DNA of 64,000 nucleotides from Neoechinorhynchus agilis (Eukaryota; Animalia; Acanthocephala): positions 62,001 through 126,000 of the forward strand of contig JBMGUZ010000004.1 in the NCBI GenBank assembly GCA_051530055.1, written 5' to 3'. Made by a program: the position numbers and the translations under genes. This document shows, piece by piece, positions 1-11,869 of this stretch (positions are counted from its first letter, which is position 1; every line of letters begins with the position of its first letter). The notes under the pieces are model-generated. The model worked only from the letters and a program-made list of their open reading frames with translations, was not told the DNA's origin and did not search any database.

Positions 1-670
1 CTTTCCACGTCACCATTTTCATTGGGTCCGACCCCCCTTACTCCCTCTCTCCCTCAACTCCTTACCAATCACCATACTCAGAATACATCAACATAACGCT
101 CTCTCTAAAACTTCGCTTAGGCAGTCGAAATTTAACCATTATCGGCATCTACCGTCCTCCCTCAGCCAATCTTCAAATGGCATCACAGGAGATTGATGCA
201 ATGATAGCAAATCTTCACTCTCTTGGTCTTGAACATCTAAGCATCCTAACAATAGATTACAATTTATCGAAATAGTGAGCATCGCCTCGAACACCTTAGC
301 AACCAACAAGGGAGTTTTCCAAGGGGCTGTTCTCTCCTCCATTCTTTTCAACATTTTTCTGAACGATCTTATTCCATCCTCTTCTTATTCTAATAACTTC
401 ATGCATGCTGATGATCCTAGAATAATTGCACATTCATCGAGTCTCACTCTCAATCACTGCTAACGAAATTTCTCACATTCGAGCGTTTTGCACCTCTAAA
501 TGTCTTACCTTTAACTAAACAAGACCTTTGAAATCGTCCCCTTAATCTCAAATAGCCCTTCCGATCAGCCGCTTCTACGTTTTTCTATTAATCGTGTCTC
601 CTCTGTTCGTATACTTGGTCGTTATTTTCAGAAAAATCTGAAGTGGCCTAGTTTACCGTCAAAAGACATT
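1..670 (+). mobile_element. Degenerate CR1-group (L2/Crack-like) LINE reverse transcriptase fragment
   Basis: ORF 275..463 reads GVFQGAVLSSILFNIFLNDL...HADD (RT motifs B and C); frameshifted, followed by a LGRYFQKNLKW-like thumb segment. Confidence 0.7.
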
Positions 671-679
671 AAGTACTTG

Positions 680-2390
680 TTTATGGCCGCCATCCTACCA
701 ACGTTCTGCAATTTTTCTTCTAAACTATTCAGCGGTTGGAGAAGAAAGAGGAAATCCAAGCGAGTTGTTAAATTGGGAGGCCAAAGGGAGCACATGCTTG
801 AAGGAGAAGGGAGTGATCTACCGACTCAAACGACCTGGAAATATCCAGCTGCACGAGACGGGCGGAATTGGGAAGAGAAGATGTTTTTGAGGAAGATGGG
901 AAGTAGGCGGGTTTTAAAACATTTTTCTGGTCGATAAGTTCCGGGATGATGAAACGAATGGCCCAATTTGGGATAGTCGAATAAGGGGAAGAATGGCGGG
1001 CAGGCGTTTAAGGATCTCTAGGATTTCGAGAGGGGAAACCAAGGAAGGGCATGTATGAATGGGCGGGTCAAAAAGTGAGGAGGGAGGTTGGGACAGTGGA
1101 TGAGAGGTTTGGGGAGGACAAAGGTTTTTATTCAAGGGGTTAAAGATTGAGAGGAGATAACATTTTGAGAGAGATGCGAAGGGATCGATCTACCAAGACC
1201 AGTGACATTTTTTTATTTCCCGCCACCAGTTTCGACTGGGAACGGACGAGAGACGAGATGAGAGGAATACTTTGCGGGCTATTCGGATGCGTTTGGTCAG
1301 TGTGGAGTGGAGGGAGGGGTAAGCGGGATTGTCTGACCGGAAAGCTTTGGTGACCTGTATTTGAAGGGTTTTTAGAAAAGGCGAAGATGAAAAGGTAGGG
1401 TGAAGATCAATGGTAAGGGAGAGAGGCGCGGATCAAGATCGATATGCCTCCCCCGCTTCGGAAGTCCCTTGTGAGGTGAAAAGCTTGAAAGTTTGGAAGG
1501 AAGGCAGAAAATTTGCTATTGGGTTAGAGCCATGTTTCCGTAATTACAAGGACGTCGGCGTTGCAAGAAGAGGCCACTATCTAGAGCTCATCCAGTTTGG
1601 GGATGAGGCTGCGGATGTTAAAATAAAAGATTATTGGAAGGGATGTTTAGAAGGCACATGGGGGTGGACACTGACGGAGAGGGTTGAAGCTGCGTAGAGA
1701 GAGAAGGGATGGGAGATGACCGATGGGGTAGTTCGGGGGTAATGGATTCGTGGGTGGACACTGTAGTTAGGGGTGATTTGAATGTAGGGACCATAAGGGT
1801 GGGAACTGCGTATGCGGGATGAAGTCGGGGGGCAAGAAGATATTGGGAGTTGATAAAGTGGTGGTAAGAGGTGAGGTAGTGTGAGCGTCCAAGGTATTTT
1901 TCGCTTCTGAGGGGCGAAGCAAAAATTTCCAGATTTGGTAGGGTGCGGATTAGTAATTTTAGGCAGATGAGCGATGAGTGGAGGCAGGGATGAGGGGGGT
2001 TTAGGAGGAATTAGTTTACGAGGCGAGGGATGCTTAATGTAGTCATTGAAGGATGGTAGGGGTGTGTGCTATTTACTGGAAAATCGAGGTACAGGAGCGA
2101 AAGTTGAAGGTTTTGATGGAGCTAACGTTGAAACGTAATCGTAGGATGGGAGGGGTTTATGGTTTTTTCTAGCAATACGGGGTGCTAGAGAGGAGGTGGG
2201 GGATTTAGATGAGGCCGAGGAGGAAGGGGAGTTTAGTTTTAATGGAGTAGCAGAGTGAGACTTAGAATGCAGGGACGAGGGGGGAGGAATTGACAAGTAA
2301 GAAGCGCTTTTGAAGGAATGAGGATGCGGTGTTTGGTAGATGGAAAGTGATTTTGAGTTGACGATTAGGGGAAGGCAGATTTGATGCCCA
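680..2390 (-). mobile_element. Degenerate CR1-group LINE (APE endonuclease to start of RT)
   Basis: Nucleotide-level similarity to 39705-41620 (e.g. ttccgtaattacaaggacgtcggcgttgcaagaagaggccactat, antisense of ILVITETW); strongly purine-skewed + strand. Confidence 0.75.
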
Positions 2391-2700
2391 GCACTGTCAA
2401 TGTTAATTTTTCTATCTGATTTTTTTCTTTTTAGTAAATCCCTTAATATGAGGAGGTTCGAGTTGCATGCTGCACTGTCGAACGCCGTCTGGCTGTCGTG
2501 CAAACTAGAGCATTGCCTTAATCTTTCCGGCATTACACGATGCACAATACGGAGGAGAATGGATGAGATTGTGATCGGTCTCCAGCCAAAAATGAACTTC
2601 AAAGCTTCATTTTCCATCGAATTTTTCGGCAGCTTTTTATTGGTTTTTTTATAATCCACAAACACTAACACACTCACACATATATCACTGACCGTACAGT
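2390..2700 (-). mobile_element. R2-like RT fragment
   Basis: WRPITISSILLRIVHRVMPERL...SQTAFDSAACNSNLLIL, homologous to the RT of the 25605 ORF. Confidence 0.75.
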
Positions 2701-2779
2701 GCACGCATTATCGATTGCGCACATTTCGTCATCGCTACAATCCTCCCCTTTATCAATATCACCAATATCGTTGTGGAGG

Positions 2780-4200
2780 TCTTCTTAATCGTTGACTTCT
2801 ACGCAAATCCCTGGCTGCCTCCTTGTTTCCGGTGTTGTCATTTTTTTCGATTGGTAATTCCTTATCAGCAGGATTCTGCGGACGTTCCTCCTCGGTATTC
2901 TCCTCTCCGGTGTTATCGTTTTTTTTCGATCGGTGGTTCCACGTCCATAGGATTCTGCGGACGATCCTTGACTACTCGTCGCGATCGTACCTGTACTAGC
3001 AGTCACATTTTCATTCTTGTCGAACTGCTATGCTTCAATCGACTCTTCTCCTACTCTAATCCCCTCTCAATCTATCCTCGCTCTAAGTTGATCAGTGTGC
3101 ACTTTAACTAATTTTCTGTCACCCAATTGCATCTGATATGCTTTATTCGATAATTATATTGGGACAGCAAAATCGCCCAACGCACGAGATGATGATTGGA
3201 GATTTTCTGTAAGTTTCGTCGCTCCCCAGAAATATGTATCAGCGGTTTGTGATCGCTCAGTAGAGTGAACGTTCGTCCTGCCAAGTAATAATCGAACTTG
3301 GTTACTCAGACCACCAGTGCTAAGGCCTCCCGATCAATCTGGGCGTATCGCTGTTCCGCTGAACGAAGTGTTCTCGAACAGTAAGCCACCTTTTTAAACG
3401 ATCCTTCCTTAGTCTGTTGGAGTAGTACAGCTCCCAACCCTGTCTCGCATGCGTGACGCGGCCATTCGATTTATCTCGTCTCTCACTTGGTCATGGAGCA
3501 TATTCGGTATTCTTCGCGAGGCAGGCATCGAGGAATCGCCTTTTTACACAGAAATATCTTTGCTTGAGAATTTGTGATGTTACCCGTTCCTTCACTGAAC
3601 AAACCTCGCATATTTAATAGTAATCGATCTAACTGCGTACTATCAAGCTCATCCGTTAATTTTGTTATTTCCACCTCTTTTGGTCATGATAATCTGAACG
3701 CGGCTATCCAAGTTCTTCCAAACAAAGGATACTCTGTTCATTAACTATCGTTAACTTTAATTGTTTAGCCATATCATTTAGTTTAACTTCCACCATACAA
3801 TCTCCCATTGCTCAAACTCGGCCCCCACCGTAAATGTGCAAATACCTGCTTCGACTTAGCGTCGGTGAACCTAATTGTGACCATAATTTCTCTGATATTA
3901 TCGGTATAGCCGCACCCGTATCGTACTCCATTGTCACGAATCGTCCATTTACTTCCAGACTGATGCTTGGGCGCTGTCGACATTCTGCTACCGCATGTAT
4001 TGATCCTTCCATATCCTCAATATTGTTAATCGTAATATCATCCTCCATGGAATCATTGATTTTACCTGGTTTCGTGTGCGTCAAGCTTCCGCATCTTTCA
4101 CAACGCGCGTTCGTATTTTGAACTCTCGAGCTTCGATTTCCTGTTCTGGTCGTCGCGGTTCGATCGACATTCGATTCCTGATGACTCGTGTGACCTTCCA
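2780..4200 (-). mobile_element. Ty3/Gypsy pol remnant
   Basis: Zn knuckle CERCGSLTH, protease YDTGAA, RNase H segments GLGAVLLQ and EQRYAQIDREALALV; multiple deletions and frameshifts. Confidence 0.7.
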
Positions 4201-4699
4201 ACCCAAGCTCTTATATTACTCCTTTAGTCCTCTGAGCTTTATCAAATGTCGTGGCTACCTTAACTCAAATCCGTTAACCTCAGAAACGGTAAACGATTTG
4301 TCTCTAGAACGACTATCAGGGCTATTGGATGAAGAAGGTAATTTTACAACACTCGCCGAACAAGACATGCCGAATTGATGAAGATTTGGACGATTTAGCT
4401 GAGAAAGATGTACGGGAGACCTTGAAAGCAGTGACGGCAGAGGTATTCTATCTTTTTATCTGTCATTAAATCCTGTGTATAATGACGCTCAATACAATAG
4501 CGATACTTCAACCTTCGAAATTACAACAACCAAACCAACCTCAACTTCCACTCCTACTTCAACTTCGATGCATACCTCAACTCTGCCTGTTAGCTGGCGG
4601 CAGCAGAGACTATATCTACCTCATTGCAATCAGAGAATGAAATTGAATCCGGTGGATCTTTAAAGATGCCCCATATTGGGGCTTACACTTGTATATCGG

Positions 4700-5482
4700 A
4701 AGCTAAAGAATGAAAGCACGCACTCAATCACATTCTACCTCAAGTCAACCTAAAAGCTACATCTTTTCCTCCTATACATGATCTTCGGTCTAATACTACC
4801 TCATCGAATCTCCAGCAAAGCAATTTTATTCGGAGAAATTCGAGTTCTTGCTTAGCTCCCCCGTCAATGATAGGGTGCACCCTCGGTACAGAAACAATAT
4901 AGAAAATGAACAAGAAATTATGTGGAATCAATCAGGATCAATTGATAGAGGATTTGTTGATGAATTCGAAGCAAGATATAGCAACTAGTTGAGGTGTGGA
5001 AAGACAAATACATTTAAATCAAACACGATTTCAAAAGCCAAAGAGCTGCGGCTTCTTATAAAATTGAGGAAATCACCAACAATTGCATTATCTGCAGTGG
5101 CCTTTCATGTTTTTGGCAATCCCGCCCTATAGCGGAAAGTTCAAATTCGTGTTCTGGAAGAAGTTGGTGCGAAACCTGTAACGTTCGAGACCCTTTGCCA
5201 AAGATTACCGGATGCTAACATTACAATTTAGGCCGCAATTGAGGAATCGACGAATTGTCAACTGTTCTCGCAACATTTAATTTTATGGGTAGCCGTTTCA
5301 TCATACGAATGCGATTTTGTAATCAATGGCCGGAATATTGATCCTCCTCAAAGGATTCGTCTAGGAACAATTGCGAAATCGTCATTCAATATTTGGATTG
5401 ATGAATCCGGTCTATACCCATGCGTTCGAATGCGCGCACTGAATAAACGGCAATCGAAGAATAATGAGAGGCAGCGTGACCG
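4700..5482 (+). mobile_element. R2-like remnant (element H): pre-RT region including OTU-like domain
   Basis: Translation ...RVHPRYRNNIE...SKAKELRLLIKLRKSPTIALSAVAFHV...LILWVAVSSYECDFVI...RIR...NIWIDESGLYPCVRMRALNKR with internal stops, homologous to the 25605 ORF; abuts 28S sequence. Confidence 0.75.
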
Positions 5483-5510
5483 CGAGATTCCTACTGTCTC
5501 TGTCTACAAC

Positions 5511-5544
<34 letters not shown>

Positions 5545-5948
5545 TAGTAATAGCGGGATAGAAGACCCAGTTGAGCTTGACTCTAGTCAGTCTCTGCAAA
5601 GAGACATGATGGGCGTAGAATAGGTGGGAGGCTGCACCAGTCAAATACCACTACCATCATTGTTTCTTTACTTACTCAGTGATTCAGGTAGCGTTAATTC
5701 GCTAATTACGGTATATAATCCTTTCTTTAGTGTCGAAGGAGTGTCTGGTCTGAGAACACAGACTGATTGGGAGTTTGACTTTGGCGGTACATCTTCTAGA
5801 ACCGAACGCAGGTGTTTTGAGGTAACCTTACCGTTGGCTGAAACCTCGCATAGAGCGAAGGGCAAAAGATTGCTTGATCTTGATTTTCACAACGAGTATG
5901 CACAATGAAAGTTTGGCTTGTCGATCCTTTTGAATTTTACGAGTTTTA

Positions 5949-5995
<47 letters not shown>

Positions 5996-6018
5996 GGCCA
6001 AGCGTCCACAGCGACGTC

Positions 6019-6056
<38 letters not shown>

Positions 6057-6615
6057 GGATGCAAAAGTCCCATAGCGTTGAATTGTTCACCCATTAATAG
6101 GGAACGTGGGTTGGGTTTAGACCGTCGCGAGACAGGTTAGTTTTACCCTTCTGTTGAGCTGGTTGTTGTAATAGCAATCTTGCTAAGTACGAGAGGAACC
6201 GCAGGTTTGGACATCAGGTACACGCACTCGGTCGAGAGGTCGATGGTGCGAAGCTTCGTCCGCAGGATTACGACTGAACGCCTCTAAGTCGGAAGCCTAC
6301 CTAGGAGCAACAACACTAATGCGCACTAGGCGGTCTGGATTTTTTACAAATGCGAGAGCGAGCAAAGTTTTCCACGCGGAAATTACGTTTCTTCTCGACG
6401 ATTTATCCGCCAGCGGCGACTTTATCATCTGCGGTCAGTGTCTACTTTTGAAATGAATTGATAAGCGCAATTGGTAGCCGTGTTTAATATCTCGCTGTAC
6501 TTGTGCCTTAAATCTTTTGCAGACGACTTAATTCTCGGTAAACGTGTCGTAAATAGTAGAGTAGCCACAAACCGCGAACTATTGAGACTTATCGTTTTAA
6601 CCGGGGGATTTGTGT
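5483..6615 (+). rRNA. 28S: 28S rRNA 3' portion, probable pseudogene
   Basis: Continuous LSU landmarks: gagattcctactgtc, gcgaaaccacagccaagggaacgggcttgg, cagaaaagttaccacagggataactggcttgtggc, ttcgatgtcggctcttcc, sarcin-ricin loop agtacgagaggaacc; P-loop region mutated. Confidence 0.95.
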
Positions 6616-6726
6616 GCTAAAGACACAATTCACCCATCCATATCCCTCGAGTAACGCAATAGTACACTGGTTTGATCGAGAATGCTTCAAAAATGACAAC
6701 GCCTATACTTTAAAATACGAAGCTTC

Positions 6727-8385
6727 TTATGCTGTGACGACTAGAATGGTCCAATCAACAACTTTAAAGTAAGATGGCGCGATCGAGAAGCATATGATGT
6801 ATGCTATGACGTGATAAGAGGGGGATATCCGGTATGAAACGTAAAGTCGCGTTACCATCTTCCACACCTCTGGTCGTTTTGTGCAAGCATCGACACACAC
6901 TAGGAAGGTTTTTCCTCGAACTGGTCTAGCTACGTCTATTTGCATCGATGCCACGGCTTACTAAGCCAGTCCCACATTATTAAAGGTAATTCTTGATTAT
7001 TTTGTCGACCTCGCTGGTACGCATCGCAAAGACTTACTTTTCTTTTAATATCAGCGTCTATATTTGGCCAGTATACATAATGTCTTGCCAACGCTGCCAT
7101 TGCGTCTCGACCTGGATGACCTTCGTGAAGTATATTAATGACGCTCTTTCTTAACTTTGCCGGTATGACCACTCGATCGAGTAACATTAGGATACCTTCA
7201 GAATCGCTTAACTCCTCTCTTCTACTGAACATGGTTGTATCTTCAGATTTCACTAATTTAGGCCAGCTGTATCTAGTATATCGTCTGATCCGCTTTAACT
7301 GATGCTCTTTGCTCGTTTCCTCTCGAATTACTGTTTCGGATAACTCGATTCTATTGATCTTTATTTCCTTTATCATATCTATTTCAGGATCGCTCCTCCC
7401 GGTGTCGCATCCTTACTCAGTTTCAAATCCACCTCGATACCTTTCACTGTTGAATCATTTTTTTCGAACACCTTTGGGTATTTCTGCATCATTTGTTCCA
7501 TCGAAACGTCCAATCCGACTGCTTCAACCTGCCTGATGCATACTTCCTCTGACAATCTTATTCAAAATGCCTTGCACCACGAGAGTCCGAACAAACATTT
7601 GCTGCATTTATATACAACATGTGCTTTAAGCTTTTTCCGTTTGTTCTTCATGACCATCATGACATCGCATATTCCCATACTGTCGACTTCCCCTCCTCCA
7701 AACGACATTAATCTCTTACCTTCTTGAAGGATCGGTTTTCCGATTGCCTTCCGAACTATGCGGTTGATCGCGCTAACCTCTGCACCCGTGTCGAATTGCA
7801 TTTTAATCTTCATCCCATTCAGCAACACTTCGATTTCCGCTCTCTTTCCACTCCTATCCGATTGCACCATATTGACCTCGAATCGCTCGTCTCCATCATC
7901 ATCAGTTTCGACCACTGAAACTTGCTTGGTTTCGCACTTCCGAGCGAAATGCCCCAATCTGTTGCATTTGTAGCATTTCACACCTGTGGCAGGACATCTT
8001 CTATAGACATGCTTATTCCCACATTTTCGACACTTTGAACCATCATCTTCGTTTCTTGAGAATCTCCAACGCTGCTTAAATCCTCTTCTGAATGCTCTCT
8101 CATTTAATTTATAAACTTCTTCCCCTACGATTTCACTTTTATTCGCAGAAAGCAATTTCTGCGCCTGTTCACTCACCTCCATCATTCCCGCAATCTCCAG
8201 CAATTTCGATAAATCCATATTCGGCATCTGCAGTACAGCAGTTCGGAGTACAGCATTCGGGGTGTTCAATATCACGAGGCCCTTTATTGTATCATCGACG
8301 ATCTTCTCAGAAAAAAGCTTGCAACCCCTGGCTACTCCTATTAACTCTGTTACCCATTCCGCGTCCGATTGATTGTCCCGCTTAG
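6727..8385 (-). mobile_element. Ty3/Gypsy gag-protease-integrase remnant lacking RT/RNase H
   Basis: ORF 7562..8422: CCHC knuckles (CYKCNRLGHFARKC), protease FDTGA; ORF 6936..7376: integrase Zn motif LHEGHPG...HYVYWPNIDADI; only about 190 nt between them. Confidence 0.85.
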
Positions 8386-9915
8386 GAATGACGTCACTCA
8401 AATTTTTTATGATGTCACTCAAATTTTATGATGACGTCACTCAAATTGTATGATCACGAATCTCGTACCTATGACGTCGCAACACGCGCGGTGGAATAAA
8501 AAATTTTGATGACGTAATTAAAACCTTTGTTGATGACGTCACTCAATTTTTTTGATGACGTAACTCAAATTTTTTTGATGACGTAACTCAAATTTTTTTG
8601 ATGACGTTTTGGCGGCGTCACGTAAGATTAAGACGAAGTTTTATTATATCTACATTGTGGTGAATGCTTGTTGTCCCTGCTTTCATTCGGGGAAAGGAAA
8701 CTTCTTCCGGCTGCCCGTCATTACGTGGAAGAAGTCGCCGCCACATACCTCCCCTCCAGTGTCGCCGCACTAATCCCTTCCGTCTTGGAAACGTGCCGGT
8801 CTTTCGAGTTGAACCTCGGTGTGATGACGGCGTGTTGCTAGCAGCTGGACCTGGTCAGGACGCTGACCAGGCCGGTCCCGTCGGGGAGGATCGTACTACC
8901 AGGTGCCGTCTTTGGTCCGTTGTTTGTGGGCTGCGGCGACTGCCAGTGCTGAGGCATCGGTGACATTGGCGAACGCTGCTTGGCTCGTTGGGTTGGGCAA
9001 GGAGGTCCGCGTGTCACGACGCTGCGCTGGGCCTGATGTCGAGCAACCGAGTTGAACCTCGGTGTGATAACGGCGTGTTGCTTGCAGCTGGGCCTGGTCA
9101 GGGCGCTGACCTGGCCGGTCTCGTCGGGGTCACCAATTTGGCGGCGTCACGTAAGATTAAGACGAAGTTTTATTATATCTACATTGTGGTGAATGCTTGT
9201 TGTCCCTGCTTTCATTCGGGGAAAGGAAACTTCTTCCGGCTGCCCGTCATTACGTGGAAGAAGTCGCCGCCACAACGTCACTCAGATTTTGTGATGACGT
9301 AGCTCGAACCAATGATGTCACAATATGCACGGAAAAATCCAGATTTTTTTTGTAGACCAGTCAAATTTTTTGATGACGTCGCTCAAAATTTTTGGTGAAG
9401 TAACTCAAATTTTTTTCGATGACATTAATAAAAAAAATTGATGACGTCACTCGAAAAATTTATGATGACGTTACTCAAATTTTTTGATGACGTCACTCAA
9501 TTTTTACAATAACGTCACTCAAATTTTTTTGATTGCGTTACTCAAAATTTGTTTGATAACGTCACTAAAGTTTTTTTCGATGACGTCAATCAAATTTTAT
9601 CATGACGTCACTCAAAATTTTTTATGACGTCACTCATTTTTTTGATGACGTCACTAAAGCCTTTGACGTCACGATATGCGGTTAAAAATACAATTTTTTT
9701 ATGACGTAGCTCAAATTTTTATATTGACGTCGCTCAAAATTTTTGATGAAGTTACTCAAATTTTTTTCGATGACGTCAATCAAATTTTTTCATATAGTCA
9801 TATAAAAATTTGATGACGCTACACAATTTTTTTGATTACGTCACTTAAATTTTTTGATGACGTCATTAAAATTTTTTGATGACGTCGCTCAATTTTTTTG
9901 GATAACGTCACTCAT
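8385..9915. repeat. ~22-bp TGACGTCA satellite, block 1 (interrupted by TRIM at 8608-9274)
   Basis: Tandem units of the form tgatgacgtcactcaaattttt. Confidence 0.9.
8608..9274 (-). mobile_element. Miniature LTR retroelement (TRIM-like), 667 bp
   Basis: Two apparently identical 138-bp LTRs (8608-8745, 9137-9274), tRNA-Trp-type PBS TGGTGACCCCGAC, PPT GGAGGGGAGGTA, 4-bp TSD ACGT (8604-8607, 9275-9278). Confidence 0.9.
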
Positions 9916-11865
9916 GGTGGGAGGATTCTAAGCACCAGGTCTGAAGAGACCGAAATCAATGGCGAAAAGCGAGGAATTTGCCAGTCGTAGGTTAAGGGAC
10001 TTCTGACAGGGTTTATCATACGCAGTTGTCGAAATACCTTGTGAGTACCGACTTGAAGCATGGAGAAGTCCTTAGAAGGTACGCAATCTTCAATAGCGAA
10101 TGACATCGTCCTAGTATGAACAGAGCGTCGTGTCGCGCGATGTGCAAGAGCCTGGAGGCAGTAAGCCGCAATTGATCGATGACTTTTAATAGGAACGTTT
10201 CCAGGTTGGACAGGTTACCGATTGGATATCCGAGAATGTCAGCTGATTCAATTGCAATTGTCTTTGTTCCGGGTAGTACGGTGAGCAGTCTCGATGCATC
10301 ATCTTGGTCGTCCGAAATTATTTCGCATTTGTCCGTTCTCAGGAATAGTCCGATATCGGCACCCATTTCGGAGATGTTTTTGATGTCACGGATGAGCTGG
10401 TCGATCTCCCCTCCGATGCAACAGTCGTCAAGGTACCAGATCGATAATTCTGACGAAGAGCTGTTGGCAAGATGATTGATCGTCAATGCGAATAGCAGAG
10501 GACCTAGAGGATCACCTTGTTGAACACCCTCTGCTGATTCGGCCTGGAACTCGCCGAACAGCAGCATGCTGGGCTGGTTGTAGCACAAGGACGCGTACTG
10601 GTAGATTTCTGGTAGGTGCTGGTGGACAACCTCTGTCATCGCGGTGCGGCATATTGAATTGAACGCGTTTTCCATATCAAGCATGACCATTGCCATTCCC
10701 TTATGGATACCATTCCGACTATACGCTCGTGCTGCATGTACGGCACTCCGACTCCTAATTGAGCCGGCAAAAGTAGCTCGATCAATCGATCGGTGGCGAA
10801 CTGACACGCGACTTTGGATGCCAACCGACGGAAGGTATAACCAACGGCAATGGGACGAACCCCTCCACCTTTTTTTGTGAAAGCGATCAGCTTGGCACCG
10901 CAGAGTAAACGCGCGACTGGAGGAGGTACGGAACCGCGGACGATTACGCGTGTGAGCTCGGTGATTGCGTTCAACAATCGCGTACCTTGAGCTTCAGAAG
11001 AGAAGCAGGTCAAATCCCGTAAGTGTCGAGGGCTCAAACCATCATGCCCTCCAGCTGACGATGGCGGAAAGGATATCAGAGCGGAAGTGACGGTGGAGAC
11101 TAATGGATATGAGGGGGTCGCGGTCGGGCTCTGTGAACGACGGATCATAATTTGGCTTGAAGCAACTCCGTCTGCGTGGAGGATGCTTCAATTTTAAGGA
11201 GTCGAGGATGTCCTTGTTCGACGCGGGTAGGCGGTCCGTTCCGCTTACAAGTCGAACGGCACCCCTCAGATCGCCGTCCTCCAGCTTATCGGAGCATTTC
11301 GCGTGGAGTTGAGTCCGGGTCGTGAGGAGCATTACTGCGATGGCTCTGCCATCCAAGATGATCGACTTGTTGAAGGGACTCCAAAGCGTCGGATATGTCG
11401 CGGGATTCGTCTAATCATTCGGGTACCGTGTGAAAGCATCTCGCTCAGTGCTGGAGGTGGGCCATTCGGTTCTGTGGCAACAGTTGTGAGTTCGGTTGAA
11501 TTGGATGGATGAGGACGGAGAGACCGGCTGAGTTTGCGATTTTCTGGATCCAGGGCAATGCGACCCATGTTGACCGTGGGAACGGACGAAACCACTGATA
11601 ATGGGTTGAAGTCACGAAGACAAAAATTGCATTTGACCGATTTGCCTTGAAGAATGGGCAAACCATTCGCCAGCGAGCGAAACAGCCGGCGTGACGGACG
11701 TTGTTGCGGCATGCAAATTGCCTCCCTCGATAGAGTCCGCACTGGCACTGAGGTTTGAACTGTCGGAATGCAATCTTTCCGGTGTTCCTCTGTTTACCAT
11801 TGCGGGAACGTTTTTGAAACACGCGTGGAGTCCCCCTCGCCGGCCCGCGCATATTTTGACGCAAT
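9915..11865 (-). mobile_element. CRE-clade (RLE-type) non-LTR retrotransposon, frameshifted, 3' part missing
   Basis: RPIAVGYTFRRLASK, LDMENAFNSICR, GVQQGDPLGPLLFAL, WYLDD across ORFs 10016..10807, 10636..11148 and 11042..11356. Confidence 0.8.
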
Positions 11866-11869
11866 TGGT

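Noticed and set aside
2069-2704. Novel RT/Ser-Pro-rich fusion protein
   Set aside because: Accidental read-through from an R2-like RT fragment into the C-rich 5' region of a CR1-group remnant.
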